DNA of 64,000 nt. Origin: Octopus vulgaris (Eukaryota). The position numbers and the translations under genes are program-made. The stretch lies in assembly GCA_951406725.2 (NCBI GenBank), contig OX597819.1:27714001-27778000 (forward strand), read 5' to 3'. The notes under the pieces were generated by a model. That model had not been told where the DNA came from. It did not search any database and was given only the letters and a program-made list of their open reading frames with translations. The first letter of the stretch is position 1; each line of letters starts with the position of its first letter. This document shows, piece by piece, positions 1 to 14,104 of this stretch.

Positions 1-45
1 AGTGATCCAAAATGAAAGAATTGTATGGAATATTATCTGGGGAGT

Positions 46-109
<64 letters not shown>

Positions 110-166
110 CATACATACATATATATATATACGCACACACTGGTAGATACAAGAACACATACTTAA

Positions 167-255
<89 letters not shown>

Positions 256-462
256 CATGTATTGCAACGTTGTGAATACTCTCTGTTACTTCTACTCCGC
301 GTTTTCACGTTCACTCACCGTTCACACAACCGTTTCGCAATCTGTGATGAGTGCAAAACTCTGAGTAATAACAGAGAGTAATCCAGACTCAACGACAAGT
401 AGTAACACTAATTTTGCATTGGTTTCTTTTCCTCGCGTTGTCAATTTGTCCAAACTAACATA

Positions 463-505
<43 letters not shown>

Positions 506-3090
506 GTATATGTATGTATATGTATATATATGTATGTATATACATACATATATATATATATATACATACATATACATATACATACATATACATACATATA
601 CATATACATACATTTATATACATATGTATATATGTGTGTGTATATATATATATATATACATACACTCATACACACACGCATGTATATGTATGCATGTATG
701 TATATGTATGCATGTATGTATGTATGCATGTATGTATGTATGCATGTATGTATGTATGTGTGTGTACACGCGCGTACGCGTATTTATCTATCATAATCTC
801 CCGGCTTATGCGTATAAAAATTTACGCGCCATCACTCGCTCATACACGCATGCACATTAACACGTTATAAACTTGATCAGTTTTATTTGTCTATACACTA
901 CTGATGACGGTATTTTTTTTTTTTTTGCTATTCTTTACTTCGTTAATACTTTCACTTTCGCTATTGCAGTTTTTATTATTGCTGTTGTTGTAGTCGTTGT
1001 TATAGTTGTTGTTGTTGTTGTCGCTGTTTGATGCCATTTTGCTCTCATTGATAACGTTCGTTATTCATGTTTGCCATTTTGTTGTTCTACGTTGTATGTG
1101 TATATTACTGAACTTGCTTCGCCAGGTTGCTTTTAAATGACGGCAAATAACTCATGCATAAGAAGAGAACAATTCACCTCAATTATCGACATATACATAT
1201 GTGTGTGTGTGTGTATAGATGGGGCTGGTTTGGCAGATTAATAGATAGATGGATAGATAGAGGCTTTATATGTGTGCATATGTGTGTGAGAGTGAGTGAG
1301 TGAGTGAGTGAGTGAGTCTATGTATCTTTTATCTTTTACTTGTTTCAGTCACTTGACTGCGGCCATACTGGTGCACCGCCTAGATGAATTTTTAGTCGAA
1401 GAAATCGATTCTAGTACGTTTTTTTTTTTGTTTTTTGACTTTTTAAAGCCTGATATTTATTCTATCTGGCTCTCTTACCCAACCACTAAGTTACAGGGAC
1501 ATAAACACACCAACACATCTATGTATGTATGTACGTATGTATGTCTGCAGATTTGTATGTATGTATTCTCATGCATATAGCTGCATGTCTAGACATGCTC
1601 ATGTATACTTAAATGATAAACTTCTGGAAAGTTTTACAGATTTTTACTATGTATATATGTATGCATGCATGTATGTATGTACGTACGTATGTATGTATTT
1701 ATGTATGCATGCATGTATGTATGTTATGTATGTATGTGTGTATGTATGCATGCATGTATGTATGTACGTACATATGTATGTACTTATGTATGCATGTATT
1801 TATGTATGTATGTTATGTATGTTATGTATGTATGTATGTATGTATGTATGTATGTATGTTTTGTATGTATGTATGTATGTATGTATGTATGTATGTATGT
1901 ATGTATGTACGTTTTTCTCTTTCTAATTTAAAACTATATTTGACCGGCCACTTATTTGGTAGCAAGGAATGTATCTTGTTTTAACCACCATACTTTAAAT
2001 CTTAAGATGGTCTTGCAGACTTTTATAGATCCGGGTATCATAATCATTTGCACCGTATGAATTAAAGAGTAACGTTCTCTCCTCGAGGTCTCGAGTTCAG
2101 CTATACTTTGCTCCAGACGTACTGGTATGCAACCTGTTTCTCCAAAAATAATAGGTATGAAACTGAAAGTGTATGTATGTATGCATGTATGCATGTATGT
2201 ATGTATGTATGTATGTATGTATGTATGTACGTACGTACGTACGTACGTATGTATGTATGTATGTACGTACGTACGTATGTATGTATGTATGTATGTATGT
2301 ATGTATGTATGTATGTATGTACGTACGTACGTACGTACGTACGTATTTATGTATGTATGTATTTATGTATGTATAATAAAATTTTTGATTTCCTTGTCAC
2401 CAGTGCAACGGCTTGTTTGAGTTGAGAGCTGAAAATACAAAGTCCTGGTCACTTGAATACAGCGATCCGGGTTCGATTCCTAGGTAGTGAGTCAGGGGTT
2501 GGGACCCAGCCCAAATATTCCTGCTACATATGTACACATGCATGCATATAAGTATGTAAGTGAGCAAGCACAGAATAGCCAAATGGTTAGACAGTTCACT
2601 TTGCAGCGGTGTTAATATGGAGACAGACTAAGACGGCGAGCTGGCAGAATCATTAGAACGTCGAGAAAATACTTAGCCGCATTTCGTCGGTCTTTATGTT
2701 CTGAGTTCAAATTCTGTCGAGGTTGACTTTGCTTTTCGTGGTCAATAAAATAAGTACCAATTGAGCTCTTGGGTCGATGTAATCGATATACCCCTCACAC
2801 AAAATTGCTAACCTTGTATCATAACTGTAAATCAACACGGAGACAGATTAAGTTTACCAAATGAGAATGGCCAGTCTCGCTGGAGGACTTCCGTGTAGTT
2901 TGTAGGTACTAAATTTCATTCAGAAGCCGAGACCATAGTAGAAAACACTTGCCCAAGGGTACCATGCAGTGGTATTGAACACCGAAGCATATATATTGTC
3001 TTTCTTTTATCGTGGGTCTCTAGTGTTGATTCATCTAAACCTGTGGAAGCTCATCCTTCTGTTCTGACCAATGATGATTTTTCCCCATAT

Positions 3091-3477
3091 GGATGGAAGC
3101 ACTCCGTCGGTTACGACGATGAGGGTTCCGGTTGATCCGAATCAACGGAACAGCCTGCTCGTGAAATTAACGTGTAAGTGGCGGAGCACTCCACAGACAC
3201 GTGCACCCTTAACGCAGTTCTCGGGGATATTCAGCGTGACACAGAGAGTGACAAGGCCGGCCCCTTGAAATACAGGTACAACAGAAGCAGGAAGTAAGAG
3301 TGAGAGAAAGTTGTGGTGAAAGAGTACAGCAGGGATCACCACCATCCCCTGCCAGAGCCTCGTGGAGCTTTTGGGTGTTTTCGCGCAATAAACACTCACA
3401 ACGCCCGGTCTGGGAATCGAAGCCGCGATCCTATGACCGCGAGTCCGCTGCCCTAACCACTGGGCCATTGCGCCTCC
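3091..3477 (-). mobile_element. tRNA-derived SINE family C (~385 bp), copy 1
   Basis: Head GGAGGCGCAATGGCCCAGTGGTTAGG..GCTTCGATTCC (A/B boxes); flanking CCCCATAT repeat; matches 48587-48976. Confidence 0.9.
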
Positions 3478-4112
3478 CCATATAGAAGGTGGAAGAAAAA
3501 AGAAAGCAAGAGAAACTGAAAGAAGTAACACTAATACTAGACTGGTACTTTATTTATCGACCCCAGGGGAATGAAGTGATAATTTTATTTCGGCGGGATT
3601 TGAACTCTGAGTACGGAGATCCAGAACAAATATCAATGGGAATTCTATCCGAGGTTTAAACAACTCGGCCAGGCAGAACTGATCTGAAGGTAAACAGTAA
3701 TAAAAACAAACACCCCGATCTTGAAATCGAACCGACGATCTTGCAATCGTAGTTGCAACACCCAAGCCCACTCGCTAACTATTAGGCTTCTGGTGCTGCG
3801 GCGTTAAATTACATTGAAGATAGTTACAGATTGCCGAATTAAATTTCTTGTGGTGCTGTAGAAGTTTATTACGTTCTTCTACAAACTGAGTTTGAACCCA
3901 AGCAAGGTTGACTTTACTTTCTCTCCTTAGTTTGAAAAAGAAAAAAAAAACATGTAGGAGTGGCTGTGTGGTAAGTAGCTTGCTTACCAACCACATGGTT
4001 CCGGGTTCAGTCCCACTGCGTGGCACCTTGGGCAAGTGTCTTCTACTATAGCCTCGAGCCGACCAAAGCCTTGTGAGTGGATTTGGTAGACGGAAACTGA
4101 AAGAAGCCCGTC

Positions 4113-4160
<48 letters not shown>

Positions 4161-4164
<4 letters not shown>

Positions 4165-4433
4165 AGTGAATTGAAGAAATGGAGTTGAACGAAGATTGAA
4201 CAGAAATCGTTTTATTTCATTCTACACGTGTTTCGAAAGGCACAATTTACCAAATTCCGATTGAATAATGAGACCATATTGTGTCTTTCTCTTCAGGAAG
4301 AAATAGGAAATCCGTTGGAGAAAACAAAAACAGAACAGAGGCGGAGCAAAACAAATCGAACTAGGCTCCTAAGAGCCCATGGAACGATTTCTGTTCAATC
4401 TTCGTTCAACTCCATTTCTTCAATTCACTAATA
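4161..4433 (-). mobile_element. Small HHR-bearing element with 51-bp perfect terminal inverted repeats (Penelope-like remnant)
   Basis: 4161-4211 is the reverse complement of 4383-4433; contains the HHR; abuts a (TA)n tract. Confidence 0.7.
4213..4305 (-). ncRNA. Type I hammerhead ribozyme motif, intact core
   Basis: Minus strand: UAUUUCUUC-CUGAAGA-GAAAGACACAAU...AUUGUGCCUUUC-GAAAC-ACGU-GUA-GAAUGAAAUA. Stem I 9 bp with one bulge, stem II 12 bp with one mismatch, palindromic stem III; predicted cut between 4223 and 4222. Confidence 0.8.
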
Positions 4434-4527
4434 ATATTAAAATTCAATTATCCGCACCAACGCACGGTTGCAACACCATATGGTTGTACCTCCAACCGTG
4501 CTGTCTTCTGCTGTGATTTTTGCTACC

Positions 4528-4594
<67 letters not shown>

Positions 4595-4614
4595 ATTCGC
4601 TAGCTTCTGCACGC

Positions 4615-4792
4615 ATTTTTTTTTCTCTCCTTGTTTCTCTCCATGTTTCTTTTCTGTGTATCTTTCTGTTGAAGAGCGTAGGCTCGAAACGTAAAAGACT
4701 TGTTTTATTTATATTCCTGAGCGCCATACTAATACAATTGTTTGTTTGTATTCCACCTGCCTTCGTCTTTTGTTTATTTTCATAAAGCTTCC
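4615..4792 (+). mobile_element. ~180-bp HHR-bearing repeat (copy 1)
   Basis: Near-identical to the reverse complement of 53405-53580. Confidence 0.75.
4661..4698 (+). ncRNA. Minimal hammerhead motif with variant core (CUGUUGA)
   Basis: UCUUU-CUGUUGA-A-GAGC GUAG GCUC-GAAAC-GUA-AAAGA; stem I UCUUU/AAAGA; A6 replaced by U. Confidence 0.6.
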
Positions 4793-5875
4793 TATTATAT
4801 ATATATGTATATGTATATGTTTGTGTGTCGCTTGACAAGCGATGCTGGTGTGTTTAGGTCCCCGTAAGCTAGCGGTTCGGCAAGAGAGACCGATAGAATA
4901 AGTACTAGGCTTACAAAGAATAAGTCCCGGGGTCGATTTGCTCGACTAAAGGCTGTGCTCTAGCATGGCCACACTCAAATGACTGAAACAAATAAAAGAA
5001 TAAAAGAATTTAAAAAAGAACAAAAAAAAATACCGGACATATAATGGATTCGTCTTTCCCCCACAAATGTTGACTCTTTTCAAAGATAGGAAATTGTTAT
5101 TATTATTATTATCCTGGAGTTTTGGAGTCTTATTTAGGCAGCGGTTTTTTTCTTGTTTATTATTGTTTTTCGTTTTGTTTTTCTCAGTGATTTTTTAAAA
5201 AAATTTACTTTGCAGCATTTGTTCTTCATATATTTGATTTATGTTGTTGTTGTTGTTTATTTTGTTTTTTATTTTGTTTTGTTTTTTTGTCATTGTTGTT
5301 GTTGCTGTTGTAATATTCGTGTTATTATTGTTCATGTTCTTGTTATAGATATTTTTTATAGTTGTTGATGTTCGAGCTTATTTTATTCATTGTTTGGAAA
5401 ACAAGCCTCACAGCTAAAGGAAGTTATTTCATTCGAATCGATCCTGCGCCACCACCGCTACCATCACCATTAGTACCATCACCCTCCCTATTGAACACCT
5501 CAAAGATTACCCGGTTATTTTCCGCCATCTTAACAATTTCTTTAATTTTTTTTTTTATCATCATAGTGTTTTCGATCATCCCTGGAAAAAAAATACCTCG
5601 TGTACACAGTCCAGCTGAAGAAATGTCGCTTGGGACAAAGGAATGGGGGAGGAGGAAGGAAGGAAGGAAAGAAGAAATGAAAGAAAATGAAAAGAAAACT
5701 AACTGAAAATATAAAGCAATGAAGGTAGGAGGAAAAGAGGAAACGTACAGGGGGAGTTGGGAAGATGGAATGAAGCAAATAAGGAAAAGAGAAAAAGAAA
5801 GGCAGAACGGAACGAAAGAAAACAAATGAAATAGGAAATTAATATATCAATAATAACTGTTTATCTATCTAAATT

Positions 5876-5951
<76 letters not shown>

Positions 5952-5991
5952 TGGAGAGAGAAGTATGTGAATAAGTATGTAGGTAGATGTA

Positions 5992-6100
<109 letters not shown>

Positions 6101-6229
6101 GACAGACAGAGCGAAAGTGAAAGTTATGTAGGTAGGTAGATGCATACATATTACATGTATAAAGAAACAGAGAAATAGACAGACAGATAGAGAGAAAGAT
6201 AGAGAGAGGGAGAGAGAGGGAGAGAGAGG

Positions 6230-6333
<104 letters not shown>

Positions 6334-6730
6334 TGGGCTTTTCTTCAATAGAGAAATCAGACATACGTACAACTGAGAAAGTGTGAGAGAGGGTGATAGG
6401 GAGAGAGACAGAACATTCTGTAGAAGAAAAAGAGACTGCAAAATGCATCACTGTCGTACACCATTGCTGTGACTCATATGTTAACTGTACAGCTCCACCT
6501 TGCATTCACCTCGTCTCCATCAACATTATTCTATAGTTATGATTATTTCTACCAGTATCACCACCACCACTACCACCACTACCACCATCATCACTACAAC
6601 CACCACCACTACCACTACAGTTGCCACTACAGCCAATGTATTTTCACTAGCATAGCAAACATTGTGAATAACTCTTAATTACCTACGATAGCTTGGAGAT
6701 GGAAATAGATAGATAGATAGATAGATAGAC

Positions 6731-6815
<85 letters not shown>

Positions 6816-6834
6816 CACACACACACACACAGAC

Positions 6835-6902
<68 letters not shown>

Positions 6903-7249
6903 GTGAAATTGTCTGGAGGTGTAAAGATGGTAACAAGAAATAAAACTTCGTTAACTTGCTTTATCCATCTCTCTCTCTCTCTCTCTCTTTCTCTCTTTCT
7001 CTCCTTTCTCCTTCACATACATGCACTCTATATCTTTCTAATCATTTTTTTTTACTGAATCTTATTCTTTTGTATTTTTGTTTCCCTCTTTTCCTCTCCC
7101 TTTTTATTCAACTTTTTTTTTCTTTTTCGTCTTTCTCACTCCTGCCTTGTTTATCTGTCTACCTATCTATCTATCTATCCATCAATCTATCTATCTATAT
7201 ATGTCTATCATGACTGCAGCCGCATGGCTGAAACGAATAAAAGAATATA

Positions 7250-8289
7250 CTAGCATTAAAGACCCGTCGTTGCCGGGTCATAGTGCTAGTGCATGTATAT
7301 ATGTGTATATATATATATGTCCATATTACATGTACATCTATATATATGTACATCTACACATAAAATGCAAAATACAAAGTTATATCTTGATATCGCTAGT
7401 GATAACAATACTCAAAATATATAACAGCCTGGAATTGTTAGCCCGTCTCTTGTAATTTCGATCAATTGTATCTTGTCCTCCCTCTTGTATAGAAGTGTGG
7501 CTACAATCCAGCCTACCTCTACTTCTGCTGGGGTGGGGGTCATTTTAAATTTTTTTCCGGGACGTCCTCCGTCCCAGATATTAAGGTAAAAATAAAATAT
7601 TTCCACTTTGCAAGTTCGAGTCGAGTACTCCCTTGCACGCTCCGTTGACTCGAACCTTGCTTCTGTTGTGGCGAATTTACCGCCTCTGATTAGATACCTT
7701 TCATAGTCGCACCAAGACACTTTTCGAAGGTACTTTCCTCCATGTGTTCAAATCTTTTTTCTCTACATTGTATAGTTTATAGACAATAGTCTTTTCTTTA
7801 ATTTAGTTTTTTATTATCCATCTGGACTATTCCATTTCTGCACGCTAATTTTATTTTTAATTTATTCCCATTCATGTGAAACCACTTATTCAAGTTCAAG
7901 TCATTGATGCAAATTTATACCAATGGCTATTTTTACTTTTGTTATGTTACGATTATATTATACGTTAGTTTGATTTTAATTATTACTTACTACATATAAT
8001 TCAATTGTTATTATTATTTTTATTGTTAAAGTGAAAGTATGTGACATAAAATAGAGAAATGTTTTTGTTTCACTTTTAACACGTAATACTGAAATAGTGG
8101 AGAAGATATGATATTGCTATGGGCTCGCTCTAGGCAAGAAGTTGAACATTTTTTTGCCCATGAAACTACATGGACCCTAAGTAAGGCATGTGTAAAATTT
8201 GAATGAAATTGGTTGTGTAGTTCTCAAGTTTTAGGGAAACACACAGACAGACAGACAGACGCACATTCTCAGTTTTATATATATAAAGA
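7250..8289 (-). mobile_element. Non-autonomous Helitron-like element, apparently full length
   Basis: Minus-strand 5' end A|TCTTTATATATATAAAACTGAGAATG followed by (TCTG)n; 3' hairpin GACCCG..CGGGTC (7261-7279) then CTAG|T; inserted in an AT dinucleotide. Confidence 0.75.
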
Positions 8290-8948
8290 TATATATATCC
8301 GATACTATGTAATTTTTCTTTTCTGTAAATTCTTACTCCAAAACTTCTATCATTTTATTCAACCTTCTTTAGTTTTTGGTCTCATTCTTATTCCTGTCTA
8401 TCTATTTATCTATCAATCAATCTGTCTATCTATTTACCTGTCTAAATCTATCTATTCCTTAATAACCTAAGATAAAGAGCGATTAATATGAAAGAGTGCA
8501 GAAAAACTCAAAACTCACACAACGTTCCTTGCAATTTTTCTCCCTCTTTCTCTACTCCTTTGTCCCCCCTCTCTCCCTCCCTCTCACTTTCCTCTCTATA
8601 TACTTCCTTTTCTTTGTCAATATCTCTCTACATCTCTACCGCTTTTCTCTCAGAGTCTCTCCCTTCCTCTCCCTCGCTCTTTCTCAGCCAATATGTTTAT
8701 CTTTTTGTTATACCTCTCTACACCTATCTCTTCTCTCTCTCCCTCTTTCTCTATCTCTCTTTCTCTCTCTCTGTCTCCCTCTTTCTCTTTCTCTCTTTCT
8801 CTCTCTCTCCCAATCTCTCTTTGCCACTGTCCCTCGAAACTCTTTGTCTCTAGTGTAACTTTCAACCGATTAAAATAGTAAAAGTGTATATATACACATG
8901 TAATAAGTTCTATTTCCTCCTTTTATCTATTTTTTATTCTACTAAATT

Positions 8949-8993
<45 letters not shown>

Positions 8994-9181
8994 ATACAAA
9001 TACATATATGTATATGTATTATATATGTATGCATATAATACATATATATGTATATATTTACATGTATACATACATATGTACATATATACATATATATATA
9101 TACATATATACATATATACATATACATATATATATATATATATGTATATACATATATATACATATATGTATGTATATATAT

Positions 9182-9223
<42 letters not shown>

Positions 9224-9704
9224 TACACCTACTAAAAGTTTGTGAATGCTTGCTTGCGTGCTTGTCTATAAGTTAATACAGCCAAACCGTTGTATACTGG
9301 GAAAATATTCTGAAAGTAAGGCACTCGTAAAATGTGAAGACAAACAGAATAAAACAAGTTCCGCGTTAATCGGACCACAGACTTCCGATTAACGCGGTTG
9401 GTAGGGGGGGGGGTTGTTTCCACAAATTTAAGCAGTGAAACCTGGAACTATTGACCTTTACACTGAACACCTGGATAGTTTTGTTTGCCTCTTTGCTTGT
9501 GAGCGTGCCTGTCTGTAATTTAATACAGCCAAACAGGTGCATAATGGGAAAATACTCTGAAATTAGAATACAAACAGAATAAGACACTTTTTGCGTAAAT
9601 CGAACCACGGTGTCCCGAGATACGCGGCTTTATCGAGTACCTTTATAAATAGCCAAACCGGCGTATAATGGGAAAATGCTTTGACGAAAATTCCTCGTAT
9701 CTTT

Positions 9705-9769
<65 letters not shown>

Positions 9770-10305
9770 ACAGCGTCACAGTTCGCAAAAAATATTGTAT
9801 ATAAAAAATAATGAAGAATTTATACCCCATTTCGTACAATCTGAAGAAGGAATAAATAATTCTGTTAATTTCTTATATTTCGAACCAATCACTCATCAGC
9901 AGAGGAAAAAGTGTTGTGTGTGTATGAGTGTTTGTGTGTGTGCTTATTCATATGTATGTATCAATGAAAGAAAATGAAATCGCAAGCGGCTTGGCAAGAC
10001 TTGACAAGGACATTTCATTTAGGTATATAGTAATAAAAATGCACACATAGTCTCCAACGGCTGTTTCTAGAATATCTAAGCTATTGGAACGTCGTTTCTG
10101 GCCAGGATTCCATAGGGCGAGTACGCCGAAACCATAGAGGGAGAGGTTAGTGCGCATGCCTATTAGTTTGAGTCAGCTTGAAGAAAACCCCTCGTATCTT
10201 TCATGGGAAAGACAGACAGACAGGCAGGTAGGCAGGCAGGCAGACGGGTAGACAGACAGATGAACAAATAGGCAAACAGACAGAAAGATAGACAGAAGGA
10301 TAGAC

Positions 10306-10342
<37 letters not shown>

Positions 10343-10429
10343 CATACATACATACATACATACATACATACATACATACATACATACATACATACATACA
10401 TACATGTGTATGCATTAAGTATATATATA

Positions 10430-10848
10430 TGTATATATGTGTGTGTGAGTGTGATTGAGTATGTGTGCGAGTGCGTATGTGAGTGTGTGTGTATGTGATT
10501 TAGTATGTGTGCGAGTGCGTATGTGAGTGTGTGTGTATGTGAGTATGCGTGTGTATGTGAGTATGTGTTTGTATATGAGTGTGTATGTGTGTGTGATTTA
10601 GTATGTGTGTGTATGTGAGTGTGTGTGTGTGTGTGTGTGATTGAGTATGAGTGTGTATGTGAGTGTGTGTGTGTGTGTGATTTAGTATGAGTGTGTATGT
10701 GAGTGAGTGTGTGTGTGTGATTGAGTATGAGTGTGTATGTGAGTGAGTGTGTGTGTGTGATTTAGTATGTGTGTGTATATGTGAGTGTGTGTGTGTGAGA
10801 TTGAGAAAGTATGTGTATGTGAGTGTGTGTGTGTGTGATTGAGTATGT

Positions 10849-10886
<38 letters not shown>

Positions 10887-10900
10887 TTTAGTATGTGAGT
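10430..10900. repeat. (GT)-derived minisatellite, unit about GTGTGTGTGATTGAGTATGAGTGTGTATGTGA
   Basis: Direct reading. Confidence 0.9.
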
Positions 10901-11313
10901 AGGTATGTATTTCTCTTTGGACGTGCTTGGTTGACAAACTCGTTAAAATATCGTTTAGAATGCGCTGAGATATTTCTCTCCAGTTCTTCGCCTTTTGAGC
11001 TCAAATCCCTTAGCAGATGTTGATGTAGCTTCCTCTCCTCGCGGTCAAATTGCATTACAATTTAACACATCCTGCAATGTAGAAGATCCACCAGGAGAGA
11101 GAGATTCTTCTGCGACATATTGCAATGACGTTTTTGACATTTTCGTTTTTCTTATTCCCCACACACCCTATTCCTTCCTGCTTTTCATTCCTTCCTTCCT
11201 TCCTTCAAAATATTATTAGGTGTTCTAAATAAAAACAAAATGCTGCTCAACCGTGATTTGAAACCCCCCACGAGGCTGGTTTCACTCGTTTATTTTTGCA
11301 CCTCTTCCACCAC

Positions 11314-11349
<36 letters not shown>

Positions 11350-11793
11350 TTATAAACTCTGCATCGTTCGTAACCCGCTGCAGTCGATGTCATAGGAAAG
11401 AAGAAGCAGAAGAAGAAGGAGAAGAAGAAGAACAACAACAACAACAAGAAAAGAAGAAGAAGAAGAAGAAGAAGAAGAAGAAAAATAAGGAGGGGAGGGG
11501 CGGGGGGAGGGGGAGGAGGAGGAGGAGATGGTGGTGGTGGTGGTGGTGGTGGTACTGAAAAAAGCAGCTTACAGATTTTTAAGAAATATGTAAAGAATAA
11601 ACAAAAGCTATAAAGAATTAAAGAAGACATTATCGATTGAGCAACACCTCTATGCACAAAAACTGACCTTGGAACAAGAGACAATAAATCAAGCTTTTAT
11701 TAGCGCATGTATACACACACATACATACGCACACACAAATAATACAGATACATATACACATACATTTGTGTGTGCATGTTTCTAGTAAGTGTG

Positions 11794-11962
<169 letters not shown>

Positions 11963-13003
11963 GAGGTAGTATTTATCCCCATATATGTATGTATCTATAC
12001 ATAGACATATATAAATACATGCATACATACATCCATACGTGTGTGTGAGTGTGTAACAAGTGTGAATATATATGTATGCACGCATGAATGCAGTTGTGCA
12101 TTTTCATGAACTCGGTCTAAGTTTAAATGTATATCAAATTACATTTTAATTTGTCTGATAATATATTTCTTTCCACTCAAGTGTAGAAATATGCCTCTTT
12201 GTGTGCTAGAGTGTGCGGGAATGTGTGTGTATGTGTGTGTGTGCGTTTGCACAAGAAATATGCTTATTCATATAAGCATTTATGTCCATATATATATAAC
12301 TATATGTAGACATACATACATACATACGTCCATACATATGAATGTGGGAATTTGTATGCTCTATGCACATGTATTTATGCATAAACAATTTAATGGCTAT
12401 ACCGTATGTACAAATGTGAAATGCATATGACCGTATACATATACGTCTATGCATGCATTCATGTATGTTTGTATGTAAGCTCATAAATATATAAAGAATT
12501 TTAGACTCGAACTAAAAAAGAAAGGGATCTTTCTTTTCAATCTTTCTTTGGCAACAACTTCGTTTGGTTGAATGTGTTTAACATTTTATGGTCTCCTTGA
12601 AAGACCTTGGATCAAATATTTTACGTTGACCCGCAAACAGAAGCTTTTCAAAAAATCTTGTGTCATAGCTGAATCTGCCATTAATAATATTTATTACTAG
12701 AGGGCGGTGGATTGTGAGAAATATGGAAAATATGCTTCGCAGTAGTTGTTACAGCCCTTTTACGCTCTAAGTTCAAATCTTGCTTGAGGTTAACTTTGAC
12801 TTTCATCCTTGATATAATGAAAAACAAGTTAAATACTGGGTCGATATGACCTTCTACAAAATTTGAAACCTTTTGCTTATATAAAATATCAATATTTATT
12901 TTTTATTAATTAGACAGAGAGTGCGAGATATTGACAGTATAAATAGATCGTCGAACTGTGCGTTGAAGTATTTAATTGCATTTTATTTTTCTTTATTGCT
13001 CTC

Positions 13004-13336
13004 AGGCGCAGGAGTGGCTGTGTGGTAAGTAGCTTGCTAACCAGCCACATGGTTCCGAGTTCAGTCCCACTGCGTGGCAACTTGGGCAAGTGTCTTCTGC
13101 TATAGCCCCGGGCCGACCAATGCCTTGTGAGTGGATTTGGTAGACGGAAACTGAAAGAAGCCTGTCGTATGTATATATATATATGTGTGTGTCTGTGTTT
13201 GTCCCCCTAGCATTGCTTGACAACCGATGCTGGTGTGTTTACGTCACTTAGCGGTTCGGCAAAAGAGACCGAAAGAATAAGTACTGGGCTTACAAAGAAT
13301 AAGTCCCGGGATCGAGTTGCTCGATTAAAGGCGGTG
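13004..13336 (+). mobile_element. SINE family A (tRNA-like head, central (TA/TG)n, LINE-like tail)
   Basis: GGCGCAGGAGTGGCTGTGTGGTAAG...GGTTCAGTCCC head; about 20 copies in the window. Confidence 0.9.
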
Positions 13337-13732
13337 AGTGGTAAAATAATAGTAAATATTAGACGCAAATGAAAACAAAAAAGAATTGTATAATTATTAA
13401 GAATAATATCTCGGATTTTTGTACAAGCAAAGAGTGTATGATTTGATTCCTTTCACCTAAAATTTTGAATTGCTTACAAATGTCTATATATGAATATACT
13501 TGTACGAATGTGTATATGTGTATATACATCTACGACTCTGCAAATAAAACCTCTGTCATCAAATCGCGAAATCAAAGACAGCAGATGTGAATGCATGAGT
13601 GTGTGTGTGCCTACATACATACATACATGCATACATACATACATACATACATACATACATACATACATACATACATACATACATACATACATACATACAT
13701 ACATACATACATACATACATACATACATACAT

Positions 13733-13763
<31 letters not shown>

Positions 13764-14104
13764 GCGTGACGTTCGCATATTTGAGTGTGTGATCAGCTGG
13801 AATGGCGGCTGGCAAGCTAACACAAGGATTTTATCTCTGAAAGAAAACATCGATAACGGCCAAAACTAATATTATGAAAAGATCTCAGAACTTTCAATCC
13901 TTAACAAAACATGCCTGTTGAAAATGTATTCATTGAAAACCCATTGCCACGTTTAAAACGCACAGATCAGTTTTCAACGATGATATTTTCTGAAACACAT
14001 CGGAGATTTCCATCAGGAGTTATTACAAAATATGACAGTCTCAATAACCCGCCAGTTCTTTTAAATTTCTCTCTCACTCTCTCTCTATATATACATATAT
14101 TCTC

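Larger units (their letters stand above)
3953..5008 (+). mobile_element. SINE family A copy split by nested insertions in its central microsatellite
   Basis: 5' half at about 3953-4115 and 3' half at about 4800-5008. Confidence 0.8.

Noticed and set aside
1952-2145. Possible minus-strand coding exon (CIPVRLEQSIAELETSRR...)
   Set aside because: No recognisable homology and no convincing splice pair.
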